NCBI GenBank assembly: GCA_963796925.1
Contig: CAWCNH010000002.1
Span: forward strand, 339,462 to 403,461
Reading direction: 5' to 3'
Length of the DNA: 64,000 nucleotides
Source of the DNA: an uncultured Acidobacteriota bacterium
GTDB taxonomy: Bacteria; Acidobacteriota; Terriglobia; Terriglobales; Acidobacteriaceae
Position numbers and translations under genes: made by a program. The notes beneath the pieces were generated by a model. It saw only the letters and a list, made by a program, of their open reading frames with translations, had not been told where the DNA came from and did no database searches. Shown piece after piece: positions 38,237-47,081 of this stretch; the first letter of the stretch is position 1; each line of letters starts with the position of its first letter.

Positions 38237-39063
38237 TGAACCAAGAGGCCAATGCAGGATTGCGGCGATTGATAGTGGAGGACATTCCTTCTGCCCTAGA
38301 GTTGTCCACGCAAGCCGGCTGGAACCAGACGGCGGACGATTGGCGAACACTGATAGATTTGGCGCCGGAGAGCTGTTTGACCATCGAGCTGAATGGTGAG
38401 CTGGTAGCAACAACAACCCTACTGTGTTATGGAACGCGATTGGCATGGCTGGGAATGGTGCTGACCAAAATCAAGTTTCGCGGACGGGGGCTAGCGCGGC
38501 ACTTGTTGTCGGAAGCTCTGATACTGGCGGACCAAATGAATGTTGAAACTGTGAAGTTGGATGCAACCGACCAGGGTAGGCCGCTCTACGAGAAGTTAGG
38601 ATTCCGTTCTGAGCAGCCCGTGAAACGTTGGGCGCGGCCAGGAGCGGGAAGCGAGGTCGTGTTTAACACCCAACTCAAGTCGCGTTCGCGCGAGCAGTTT
38701 AGTACTGATCGGGAGGCGTTTGGGGCGGAGCGTGGTCCGTTTCTCCAGAAACTTGCCGGACGCAATCCCCCGCTACTAGCTGGAAATTCGTATCTGCTGG
38801 CCCGCTCCGGCAGCCAGACGGCGTATCTGGGCCCCTGCGTTTCCTCGGATGCAAAGGCGGCACGTTCACTGATTGAGCATTGTGTTCTAACCACGACAGC
38901 TGCGCTCTCTTGGGATCTGCTAAAGCGAAATCGTGCTGCCGAAGTAATCGCGGAGGATCTGGGTTTTACCCCGCAACGCTATCTCACCCGAATGGTTAGA
39001 GGCAGAGATTTACATGGAAGGGAAGAGTCTATTTATGCGCTGGGCGGGTTTGAATTCGGATAA
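38236..39063 (+). CDS. GNAT family N-acetyltransferase
   Basis: The acetyl-CoA-binding motif is FRGRGLARHLLSEAL. The ATG overlaps the upstream TGA (TGATG). The ORF track opens at 38212. Confidence 0.75.
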   Translation: MNQEANAGLRRLIVEDIPSALELSTQAGWNQTADDWRTLIDLAPESCLTIELNGELVATTTLLCYGTRLAWLGMVLTKIKFRGRGLARHLLSEALILADQMNVETVKLDATDQGRPLYEKLGFRSEQPVKRWARPGAGSEVVFNTQLKSRSREQFSTDREAFGAERGPFLQKLAGRNPPLLAGNSYLLARSGSQTAYLGPCVSSDAKAARSLIEHCVLTTTAALSWDLLKRNRAAEVIAEDLGFTPQRYLTRMVRGRDLHGREESIYALGGFEFG

Positions 39064-40088
39064 TGACAGCAATCAATAACAAAGCGGAGTTAGAAGAGCG
39101 CCTCTCGCGACCCGGTGACGCGGATGCGGCAGCCCTCGCGGCGATGGAGGGAGACCTACTCATTCTCGGCGCGGGCGGAAAGATGGGACCGAGCCTCGCC
39201 AGGTTAGCCCGCCGCGCGGCGGACAAAGCTGGGGTGAAGAAACGCGTGATCGCCGTCGCTCGTTTCAGTGACGCGAGTTTACCCGCTGAACTTGCGGAAC
39301 ATGATATCGAAACCATCACCGCTGATCTTTTAGAGCCAGAGGAGCTTGAGAAACTACCTGATGTCCCTAATGTTGTTTATATGGCAGCTAAAAAGTTTGG
39401 GACAGCGGCGGCCGAGCACCTTACCTGGGCCATGAACACATTTCTGCCTGCACTGGTGGCCAGCCGCTTTAGAAATTCGCGTATCGTCGCTTTTTCTACC
39501 GGGAACGTGTATCCATTACGATCGCCCCACGAAGGCGGGGCGGTAGAAACTACTCCTGTGGCCCCAGTAGGCGAGTACGCGCAATCTGCGCTTGGCCGCG
39601 AACGCATGTTTGAGTACGGCTCAGCAAAATGGGGAACGCAGGTTGCGATTCTCCGCCTGAACTACGCCATTGATCTCCGCTACGGAGTGCTCCTCGACAT
39701 TGGGCAAGCCGTCTATCAGCATCGGCCTGTGGACCTCCGTATGCCGTTGGTCAATGTGATCTGGCAGGGAGATGCAAACTCCTGGTGTCTGCGTTCTTTT
39801 GCTCACTGCCAGTCGCCGCCATTTGTGCTGAACCTGACAGGGCTGGAAACTCTTGAGGTCCGCGATATCGCAATTGAATTTGGACGACACTTCGGTTTCG
39901 AACCGCAATTTAATGCGGAACGGGGATCCTCAGCATTGCTGAATGACGCAACAAAAGCTCATCGACTGTTCGGCCAGCCGAGTGCGAAGCCGGCCGCAAT
40001 GATTGAATGGACGGCGAACTGGATCAAGCAGGGCGGCGCTACTTTGGGAAAGCCTACTCATTTTCAGACGCGTGACGGGAAATTCTGA
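39063..40088 (+). CDS. NAD-dependent epimerase/dehydratase family protein
   Basis: The Rossmann motif is LLILGAGGKMGPSLA and the layout is SDR-extended-like. The ATG overlaps the upstream TAA (TAATG). Confidence 0.7.
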   Translation: MTAINNKAELEERLSRPGDADAAALAAMEGDLLILGAGGKMGPSLARLARRAADKAGVKKRVIAVARFSDASLPAELAEHDIETITADLLEPEELEKLPDVPNVVYMAAKKFGTAAAEHLTWAMNTFLPALVASRFRNSRIVAFSTGNVYPLRSPHEGGAVETTPVAPVGEYAQSALGRERMFEYGSAKWGTQVAILRLNYAIDLRYGVLLDIGQAVYQHRPVDLRMPLVNVIWQGDANSWCLRSFAHCQSPPFVLNLTGLETLEVRDIAIEFGRHFGFEPQFNAERGSSALLNDATKAHRLFGQPSAKPAAMIEWTANWIKQGGATLGKPTHFQTRDGKF

Positions 40089-41102
40089 ATGCAGCTTCGT
40101 GAAAAACTTTTCTCTGGGTTGGTGATCCCGGCACATCCCCTGGCGTTAAAAGAGGATCGGAAATTAGACGAGCGGCGTCAGCGCGCCTTGACGCGATACT
40201 ACGTGGCCGCCGGCGCGGGTGGAATTGCTGTAGGGGTGCATACAACCCAGTTCGCGATCCGCGATCCGCAGATCAGCATGTTGAGACCTGTGCTGAAGAT
40301 CGCAGCAGATGAAGTTGGCCGGAACGATGTCGTTAAGATTGCAGGAGTCTGCGGCAAACGTGACCAGGCTCTCTCGGAAGCACGTCTGGCTGCGGAATTA
40401 GGATACGATGCAGTTTTGCTGAGCCTCGCTGATCTCAGAGACGAAAGCGTAGCCAAGCTCTTGGAGCATGCGCGGGCTGTGGCATCTGTTCTTCCAATCA
40501 TCGGCTTCTATCTTCAACCGTCGGTAGGCGGGCGAATTCTGCCTTTTGAGTTTTGGCAAAAATTTGTAGAAATCGAAAATGTTGTCGCCATCAAAATTGC
40601 GCCATTCAATCGCTACCAGACTCTCGATGTTGTCCGGGCAGTTGCCCAATCAGGGCGCGGGCGAAAGATCGCACTCTACACCGGTAATGATGACAACATC
40701 CTGATTGATCTACTCACTGAATTTGATGTCGGGGGCGATTGTCTGGGCATCGTGGGCGGATTATTGGGCCACTGGGCGGTGTGGACGAAGACAGCGGCGG
40801 CTCATCTAGCGTTAGCAAAGGAGCGGTCTGAAAATATTCGCGCAAACGTGTTGACCCTGGCGCAGCAAATTACGGATGCCAACGCTGCTTTCTTTGATCC
40901 GGCGCATCAGTTTCACGGATGTATCGCTGGAATTCACGAAGTCTTACGACGGCAGGGACTTCTCGAAGGCCGCTGGTGTCTTGATCCGCGCGAAGATCTT
41001 TCTCCCGGTCAATCGGAAGAGATTGACCGGGTTTACAAACTTTATCCGCATTTGCCCGATGATGATTTTGTTAAGGAGCATCTGAATGAATGGCTTGGCT
41101 AA
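40089..41102 (+). CDS. dihydrodipicolinate synthase / N-acetylneuraminate lyase superfamily protein (divergent)
   Basis: It has TIM-barrel class I aldolase-like features, including a candidate Schiff-base Lys in VVAIKIAPF. The N-terminal motif is GVHTTQF rather than the usual GTTGE. The ATG directly follows the upstream TGA. Confidence 0.6.
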   Translation: MQLREKLFSGLVIPAHPLALKEDRKLDERRQRALTRYYVAAGAGGIAVGVHTTQFAIRDPQISMLRPVLKIAADEVGRNDVVKIAGVCGKRDQALSEARLAAELGYDAVLLSLADLRDESVAKLLEHARAVASVLPIIGFYLQPSVGGRILPFEFWQKFVEIENVVAIKIAPFNRYQTLDVVRAVAQSGRGRKIALYTGNDDNILIDLLTEFDVGGDCLGIVGGLLGHWAVWTKTAAAHLALAKERSENIRANVLTLAQQITDANAAFFDPAHQFHGCIAGIHEVLRRQGLLEGRWCLDPREDLSPGQSEEIDRVYKLYPHLPDDDFVKEHLNEWLG

Positions 41103-41796
41103 GGTCTTTCTCGCGCTTCTGTTTGGGGCGTCTTTTGCAGTGGCTGCTGACAAGCCGGTGGCGGAGGCGCTCTATGCTCCCGCCGACGTCTCGTTAACCA
41201 CCGATCCATCCGCGTCCTTCTGGCGTGCGGCGCATCCGGTCCATTTGAAAAGCGACACTCGAGGTAAGGACGTACAAAATTTCCATAGTGAAGTTCGTTT
41301 ACGTTGGACGAAGAACAATCTGTATCTCTTGTTTATCTGTCCCTATGACGACCTGTATTTAAAGCCTTCACCGACCACTACACAGGAGACGAACGAACTT
41401 TGGAATTGGGACGTGGCGGAAATTTTTATTAGCGCCAATTTCGCCGACATTAAGCGCTACCAGGAATTCGAGGTTTCGCCGCAGGGCGAATGGATCGATC
41501 TGGATATCGATCTTCATAAGGCGCACCATGAGGATGGTTGGACGTGGAACTCCGGGTTTGAGAAAAGCGCGAGTGTTGATCGTGCTGCCCGCCGCTGGTA
41601 CGCAGCAATGAAAATTCCTTTCTCAGCCATTGCTACCCGTTTTCCGGCGTCGCAGGACACATTTCGTATGAACTTGTTTCTGAGCGAAGGTCCGCGCTCC
41701 AATCATCACGAGGTTACCTGGCAGCCGCCCATGAGCAATACGTTTCATGTCCCGGAGCGCTTTGGTCTGCTGAGGTTAATTGACGATAGACATTGA
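41086..41796 (+). CDS. secreted carbohydrate-binding family 9-like (DOMON-like) protein
   Basis: The signal peptide is MNGLAKVFLALLFGASFAVA. CBM9-like motifs are FWRAAHPVHL, WTKNNLYLLFICPYDD and YQEFEVSPQGEWIDLDI. Confidence 0.6.
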   Translation: MNGLAKVFLALLFGASFAVAADKPVAEALYAPADVSLTTDPSASFWRAAHPVHLKSDTRGKDVQNFHSEVRLRWTKNNLYLLFICPYDDLYLKPSPTTTQETNELWNWDVAEIFISANFADIKRYQEFEVSPQGEWIDLDIDLHKAHHEDGWTWNSGFEKSASVDRAARRWYAAMKIPFSAIATRFPASQDTFRMNLFLSEGPRSNHHEVTWQPPMSNTFHVPERFGLLRLIDDRH

Positions 41797-41899
41797 AACG
41801 CGATTCAGTGTTCAAGAGCCGCGATTGCGGACGTGGCTGTGATAGACAGAACAACAGCAATAGCTTCCAACCGTTTAACAGGAATGAGCGGAGGGGGAA

Positions 41900-43207
41900 A
41901 TGGATCGTAGAAAATTTATCCAAAATGGCGCGATAGTTGCGGCGGGTACAGCCGCGTTGAGCAGTACGGCTTTGTCGTATAACCGCATCCTCGGTGCGAA
42001 TGATCGCATTTCGTTGGGACAAATCGGTCCCGGCAGCCGCGGAATAGAATTGACCGGCATGGTCGGAGAACTAAAAGACAAATGCAACGTCGAGATGACC
42101 GCGGTTTGCGATCTATGGACTCACAACCTGGAGCGCGCAGGAGATGCCAACAGAAAATTATATGGGAAAGCCCCGCGGGCTTTACGGCACCCCGAGGACC
42201 TGGTTGCACTCCAGGACCTCGATGCCGTGATTATCTCCACTCCTGAACACTCGCATTCGTTGCTGCTCAAAATGGTCGCTGATGCCGGAAAAGACGGCTA
42301 CTGCGAAAAACCGATGGGGAATGTTCTGGAAGAAGTGAAGGCGGCACGGGACGCCGTAAAGGCGAACAATCTGATCGTGCAGATCGGGACCCAACATCGC
42401 AGCGAGCCTTATCAGATCGCGGTGCGGGATCTTATTCGTGATGGCGCGCTAGGGGACGTCAGTAAGTACGAGATCGCCTGGAATTATCATGGCCCGCGTT
42501 GGCGCGGACGCCCAGAGGTAAGGCAGATTAAGGAACAGGATACTGACTGGCGCGCCTGGCTGATGAACAAGCCGTACCGGCCATTTGATCCTCAGCTTTA
42601 TTTTGAGTTTCGATTGTACAAAGAATTCTCCAGCGGCATTCCTGATCAATGGATGAGTCACGGCATCGATTTAGTCCATTTTTTTATGGAGGAACAGTAT
42701 CCGGAATCAGTCGTGGCTCACGGCGGCATTTTCGCCTGGCACGATGGCCGCGAAAACCCTGACACCTTTCAGGCTTTGCTGACTTACCCAAAAGGATTTC
42801 TCGTGAGCTACTCCACCAGTTTTGGCAACGATGCGACTGGGTACTCACGCATCATGGGCAAGAAAGCGACCATGTACAACACCGGGGGAGAAGGCAGCCC
42901 GCGCTGGCAGATGGTTGAGGAATTAGGCAATCACGAACAAGACGATGAGATTGACCGGAAACGCACCACCAAGGATATTTTGTTTCCTGGCGACAAGAGT
43001 CTACCGCCAATGAGTATTGGGGATGACGATTTATCGCACATGACGAATTGGCTGAGCTGTTTACGGTCGCGCAAGCAACCGAATGCTACCGTACAAAACG
43101 GCTTCTCACATTCCGTTGCATGCATGATGGCGGCGCGAGCATATTGGACGGGCAAGAGAGTTTATTTTGATCCCAAAAAAGAGCAGATTATCGACCATCC
43201 GGCATGA
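41900..43207 (+). CDS. Tat-exported Gfo/Idh/MocA family oxidoreductase
   Basis: It has a strong RBS (GGAGGGGGAA) and a twin-arginine signal (MDRRKFIQNGAIVAAGTAALS). The Rossmann segment is ISLGQIGPGSRG. The EKP motif is CEKPMG. Confidence 0.8.
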   Translation: MDRRKFIQNGAIVAAGTAALSSTALSYNRILGANDRISLGQIGPGSRGIELTGMVGELKDKCNVEMTAVCDLWTHNLERAGDANRKLYGKAPRALRHPEDLVALQDLDAVIISTPEHSHSLLLKMVADAGKDGYCEKPMGNVLEEVKAARDAVKANNLIVQIGTQHRSEPYQIAVRDLIRDGALGDVSKYEIAWNYHGPRWRGRPEVRQIKEQDTDWRAWLMNKPYRPFDPQLYFEFRLYKEFSSGIPDQWMSHGIDLVHFFMEEQYPESVVAHGGIFAWHDGRENPDTFQALLTYPKGFLVSYSTSFGNDATGYSRIMGKKATMYNTGGEGSPRWQMVEELGNHEQDDEIDRKRTTKDILFPGDKSLPPMSIGDDDLSHMTNWLSCLRSRKQPNATVQNGFSHSVACMMAARAYWTGKRVYFDPKKEQIIDHPA

Positions 43208-43263
43208 TTCGCTACTGCGGTACGACTGGAAAGGCGATGTGCGTGCGATCCCACCGTTCAACC

Positions 43264-46200
43264 TCATTGAGGTTGCTTGTATTTGTTCGGCGCACCGGGC
43301 GTGGGCACATTATCGGTAATCTGGGCGCCGCTCGCGTGCGCGCGGGTCAATTTAGAAGTAAGGTCAATGCCGCTGCCGGAAACCTCCGCATCGGCCGCGT
43401 GCGCATGAGTGAGCGGCGCGTCGACGATGATCGTCGGAAGAGCACCGAACCTCCTGATCGAGGCCACAACCGCCGTCTCGGAGTCCGCGCCACGGTCAAT
43501 GGTGACGCTTTGGTTCTCGCGAAAACCAGTTGCGTTGGCGACAGGGATCATGGTTGCACCAGCGTCAGTGGCGCTGCGCAGCGTGGTCGAGCCTGCCGTT
43601 CCAACCGTTGCGATGACGGCGTTCTCAAGGTCCGCGCCAGTATCAATCATGACTCTCTGGCCTACTTCAAAGCCATCTACGCTGGCGACTTTGATGTTGA
43701 TGACGCCAGCAACCGAAGGAGCGGACAGGGTAACGGCAGATTGCATCACGAAATCGTTGCAGTTGCTGTCAGCGTCTGCGCCGTCCGGAAAACGTCCCGC
43801 GCTCTGATTGGTCGGGGCAGCAGACGCAGATGGCGCGAAGCCGCCAGCCCCTCCCGGTCCGGGCACGTGGCAGCCACTCTGCTCTGTGCCGGATGTGCCG
43901 TGGTAACCTTCCGCCGCCCACGGATCGACCATGCCTCCATAGTTGAGACTATCCACAACCAGGCCTGAGTTGTCCCGCAGGACCACGGTGCCTTCTCTGA
44001 ACGTAATGTTGAATCTGCCGAAGCGAACAGCACTGGTGGTGAGCTCGGGGCCTCCGAACCATTGGTTGGGTACAGGAGTTCCTTGATAGCCCGCAGTTGT
44101 GACTGCGGTGTCGCGCACCGGCGCGTTGATCTCATGTTCTTTGGCCAGTGGGCGATCAAGTGTAATGCCTGTCCCGAGCGCCTGAACGGGCTCGTTACTG
44201 GAATGAGCAAACTTCGTCGCTGGTTGGAAACTGATTCCCGTTCCGCGGTTGCTGAAGGGAAGATTGGCTGCATGGTCGAACCTTAGCGCCGCGGCCAGGT
44301 CGAGACCTGTGCCCGTGGCCACCACTCCTTCGGCGTTGCTATGGGCCTTCTCGAGCGACGGCGTAAATTCGATGCTCGATCCAGTCGGGCTCGCAGCGCC
44401 GATGCTGGTAATAGTGACGGCTTGGTTGTTCGCGGGAGTTCCGACGATGATTTTATCGCCTACAGAAAAACCATTCAGGTTGCGAACTTTGATATTCGTT
44501 GCACCTGCGCTCACATCGGCGGAGAGATTGGTGCGGGCCGCCGGCGTGCCGACTTTCGCGACGGTCACGGTTTCAATACCATGGCCGACGCTGTCAATGT
44601 CCAACCTGATCTTGTCACCGACTGAAATATCGGAGACTGATGTCACCTTGATGTTGGTTGCACCAGCCGGCGCATCCGAGGCCAGATAGGCCTGAGTGCC
44701 CGGCTTACCGACCGCGGTGACCGTTGCCGCTTCGTACCGCTCCAGTGCTTTTGTGACTACGGGGTACGTGGCGCCATAACCGATGGCGATTTTCTGGCCA
44801 ACTTCGAAACCGGCCACACTTACGACCGGCACATTGGTCGAGCCGACTGGGATTGTGAATACTGGACCATCGGGAAGTGGTTGCCACACGGTCGTATGGT
44901 TGCTGGCCGCGGTTCCGATGCTCGCAACCTTGCGGGTCTCCATATCGGAGCCGGCGCCAATGTTGACCGGGTCACCCTCCGACACACCGATAGTGTTCCT
45001 GACATGGATAGTATTTTCCCCGGCGCGCGCGGGGACCGCTAGCCCTGAATCGGAAAGACCTAGCAGATAGAAGCTTTTCGCAGCAAGCTTCGTTCCGGCT
45101 GGAATCTTCACCGACGAGAAAATGGGCTGCAAGATCGGGTGCTCAGTCAACGTCCAGTTGGAAATATCCACACTATTGGCGCTGGCGTTGTAGAGCTCAA
45201 TGAAGGAGTCTGTCGAGTTGGCAGAACCCGAACCAATGCGGAGCTCGTTAATTTTGATCGAGCTGACATTCCGTACCTTCTCAGCGATTGTCTCGAATTG
45301 CTTTCCGCCGCTCGGGTTTGTCCACCAGGCGTTACCCACCAGGTCGCCGTTGAAAGGCACAGGCCCGGAAGTAACCTTGAAGGTGGCGCTCACACTCGCC
45401 TCCGGCGCCACCGTGTCAGTGAACGTCTTCGCTATTTCACCGGTGCCCGAAACGAAGGATGTCCACTGCCGGCTCGGCAAGGAAAGGCTCAACTTCACGC
45501 CTGCCACGGGTGCTCCCGTGGTATTCGTGAATGTCACGGTAGTTTCCTTCGAAGAACTTGGTGAAAATGTCTGGAGTCCAGGCGGAGTGGCAGTCGCCGT
45601 CGCTGGCGCAATGCTTAGCTGTGCCACACCATAACTGGCAGTAACGACATTAGCCTGCACCAGCTGGTCGGTGGCATCAGTTGGGAAAGTATCTGCAGCT
45701 GTCATCGCACCTTCATAGAAGGTTCCCTGCGATCCGACGCTGTTGTCGCCGCCATTGCCTAGCAGGATCGCTCCCTGCTTGCGCATCGGGTCGTAAGTGG
45801 AGTTGACGCGCGGCCCGTCGAACATAACCGACAGCGTGCCCTTTTGCGCATCGCCGCCCAGCGAAGTCCAGCGGTGCGGTTCGCCCTTGGCCATCGCGGT
45901 TACGAATCGCCAGGTGATGCTAGGCAGGTTTGAGCAGTCCTTGGATCCATCCGGGTTGACGCAACCAACGAGATTGTTTTCCTGGTCAGTCATAATCCAC
46001 GGGCCGGGAGGCCTCCCGTGATACCACGCGGTCGCGTTACCGTAGTAGGTGGTTTCCATGGTGCCGTTGTCGTCGTCGCGGCTGTCAATTTCAGCGTTGC
46101 CGTAGTCGAAACAGCAGCCAGAATTGAAGTGCTGGCCGTTGATAACCCAGTATTGCCCCTGCGCCTGATCATCCACCGCAGTGCCTCTCGGGTCATCATT

Positions 46201-46731
46201 GCGAAGGCCCATGCCTGGCTCGATGAAGACGCCGTAGACCTTGTGGCCCATGATCGTAATCGGCGCCATATCGGCGATCGGGAGATTGTTAAATCCCCCC
46301 ATGGCCGGCCCGCTGAAACCGCCGAGAGGCGCCTGAGTCAGATGGTTGTGCTTTGGAGATTGGTCGTAAATGGTAGTGATCCAGCAATAGGTATTGGCGC
46401 AAAACTTATCCTGCGCGGTCGCGTCGGCGTACCCACCTCCATCAGGGAACGGTGATGTGACGGGCTTGACGACGCCAATGTCCAAGGTCTTGCCGTCCGA
46501 CTGGCGCAGAACCTGATAAAGCGGACCGTTATAGGACGAGTACAGCGCACGCGTGCTGCTATGAGCCGCGACACAGGGATCACCCGCGGCGGCGTAGATA
46601 TCACATGGGCCTTTCGGCCTGGACGGACGAAGATTAGGACTTGTTCCGCTGTTTTGCGCCATCATCAAAGGGACGCCAATCAGGGCGAACGCCAATGCAA
46701 CCATAGGTGCGAAATTAGTCCTCATAGTCAT
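43264..46731 (-). CDS. secreted GH54-like alpha-L-arabinofuranosidase catalytic domain fused to a lamin-tail-like domain and repeat modules
   Basis: It has a signal peptide. The segment GPCDIYAAAGDPCVAAHSSTRALYSSYNGPLYQV...CCFDYGNAE...TMETTYYG...GGDNSVGSQGTFYEG closely follows fungal AbfB (GH54) catalytic domains. LTD-like INELRIGSGSANSTDSFIELYNAS is present. At least six repeats of about 40 aa of the type AGATNIKV..v.GFsVGDkI.i are present. Confidence 0.85.
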   Translation of the reverse strand: MTMRTNFAPMVALAFALIGVPLMMAQNSGTSPNLRPSRPKGPCDIYAAAGDPCVAAHSSTRALYSSYNGPLYQVLRQSDGKTLDIGVVKPVTSPFPDGGGYADATAQDKFCANTYCWITTIYDQSPKHNHLTQAPLGGFSGPAMGGFNNLPIADMAPITIMGHKVYGVFIEPGMGLRNDDPRGTAVDDQAQGQYWVINGQHFNSGCCFDYGNAEIDSRDDDNGTMETTYYGNATAWYHGRPPGPWIMTDQENNLVGCVNPDGSKDCSNLPSITWRFVTAMAKGEPHRWTSLGGDAQKGTLSVMFDGPRVNSTYDPMRKQGAILLGNGGDNSVGSQGTFYEGAMTAADTFPTDATDQLVQANVVTASYGVAQLSIAPATATATPPGLQTFSPSSSKETTVTFTNTTGAPVAGVKLSLSLPSRQWTSFVSGTGEIAKTFTDTVAPEASVSATFKVTSGPVPFNGDLVGNAWWTNPSGGKQFETIAEKVRNVSSIKINELRIGSGSANSTDSFIELYNASANSVDISNWTLTEHPILQPIFSSVKIPAGTKLAAKSFYLLGLSDSGLAVPARAGENTIHVRNTIGVSEGDPVNIGAGSDMETRKVASIGTAASNHTTVWQPLPDGPVFTIPVGSTNVPVVSVAGFEVGQKIAIGYGATYPVVTKALERYEAATVTAVGKPGTQAYLASDAPAGATNIKVTSVSDISVGDKIRLDIDSVGHGIETVTVAKVGTPAARTNLSADVSAGATNIKVRNLNGFSVGDKIIVGTPANNQAVTITSIGAASPTGSSIEFTPSLEKAHSNAEGVVATGTGLDLAAALRFDHAANLPFSNRGTGISFQPATKFAHSSNEPVQALGTGITLDRPLAKEHEINAPVRDTAVTTAGYQGTPVPNQWFGGPELTTSAVRFGRFNITFREGTVVLRDNSGLVVDSLNYGGMVDPWAAEGYHGTSGTEQSGCHVPGPGGAGGFAPSASAAPTNQSAGRFPDGADADSNCNDFVMQSAVTLSAPSVAGVINIKVASVDGFEVGQRVMIDTGADLENAVIATVGTAGSTTLRSATDAGATMIPVANATGFRENQSVTIDRGADSETAVVASIRRFGALPTIIVDAPLTHAHAADAEVSGSGIDLTSKLTRAHASGAQITDNVPTPGAPNKYKQPQ

Positions 46732-47081
46732 GCCTGTCCCATCTTCCTCGTCGAATTTTGCAGGTTCTTATGGAGTTGTTCCTGTCTCTGATTGAGGCGC
46801 GAGCGGGCTTCAAGCGTCGCCATATTTACCGTGCGCAATCTCAATCTCGCACAACTTACATCCTTCAAGCTCATTTAATCAAACGGACGGCCGGGAATGA
46901 CGTGGATCCCGCTGGCAGGCGGTCATGATCCAGTATGGAGGTAAATTTCCTCCAACAATGCTCGGGACGCTGGCACATCAGGACGACCCGCGGAGTATTC
47001 TACTCGCTTGGCAGGCAAATCGTGGATCATTGCGGATCTGTGCCCGGGAACAGCTAACGGTTGCGTTTGTCCCGTAGCTAT

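Noticed and set aside
43204-43968. Long antisense or alternative-frame ORFs inside large GC-rich genes. Examples are 43204-43968, 3886-4749, 6162-6878, 7341-7976, 10073-10837, 17136-18011, 22481-23266, 50777-51454, 57973-58659, 58586-59239 and 60363-61058.
   Set aside because: Each lies entirely within a gene with strong family motifs on the other strand or frame. Their translations are low-complexity and Arg/Ser/Pro-rich, and no family motif is recognisable. This is a typical shadow-ORF artefact.
46732-47081. A possible riboswitch or leader in the 350-nt region upstream of the GH54 gene and downstream of the MetE-like gene.
   Set aside because: No conserved riboswitch core, such as a B12 box or SAM motifs, is recognisable. 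Only a weak 6-7-bp hairpin (TGGAGG-TAAATT-TCCTCCA at about 46936-46954) is present, without a U-tract.
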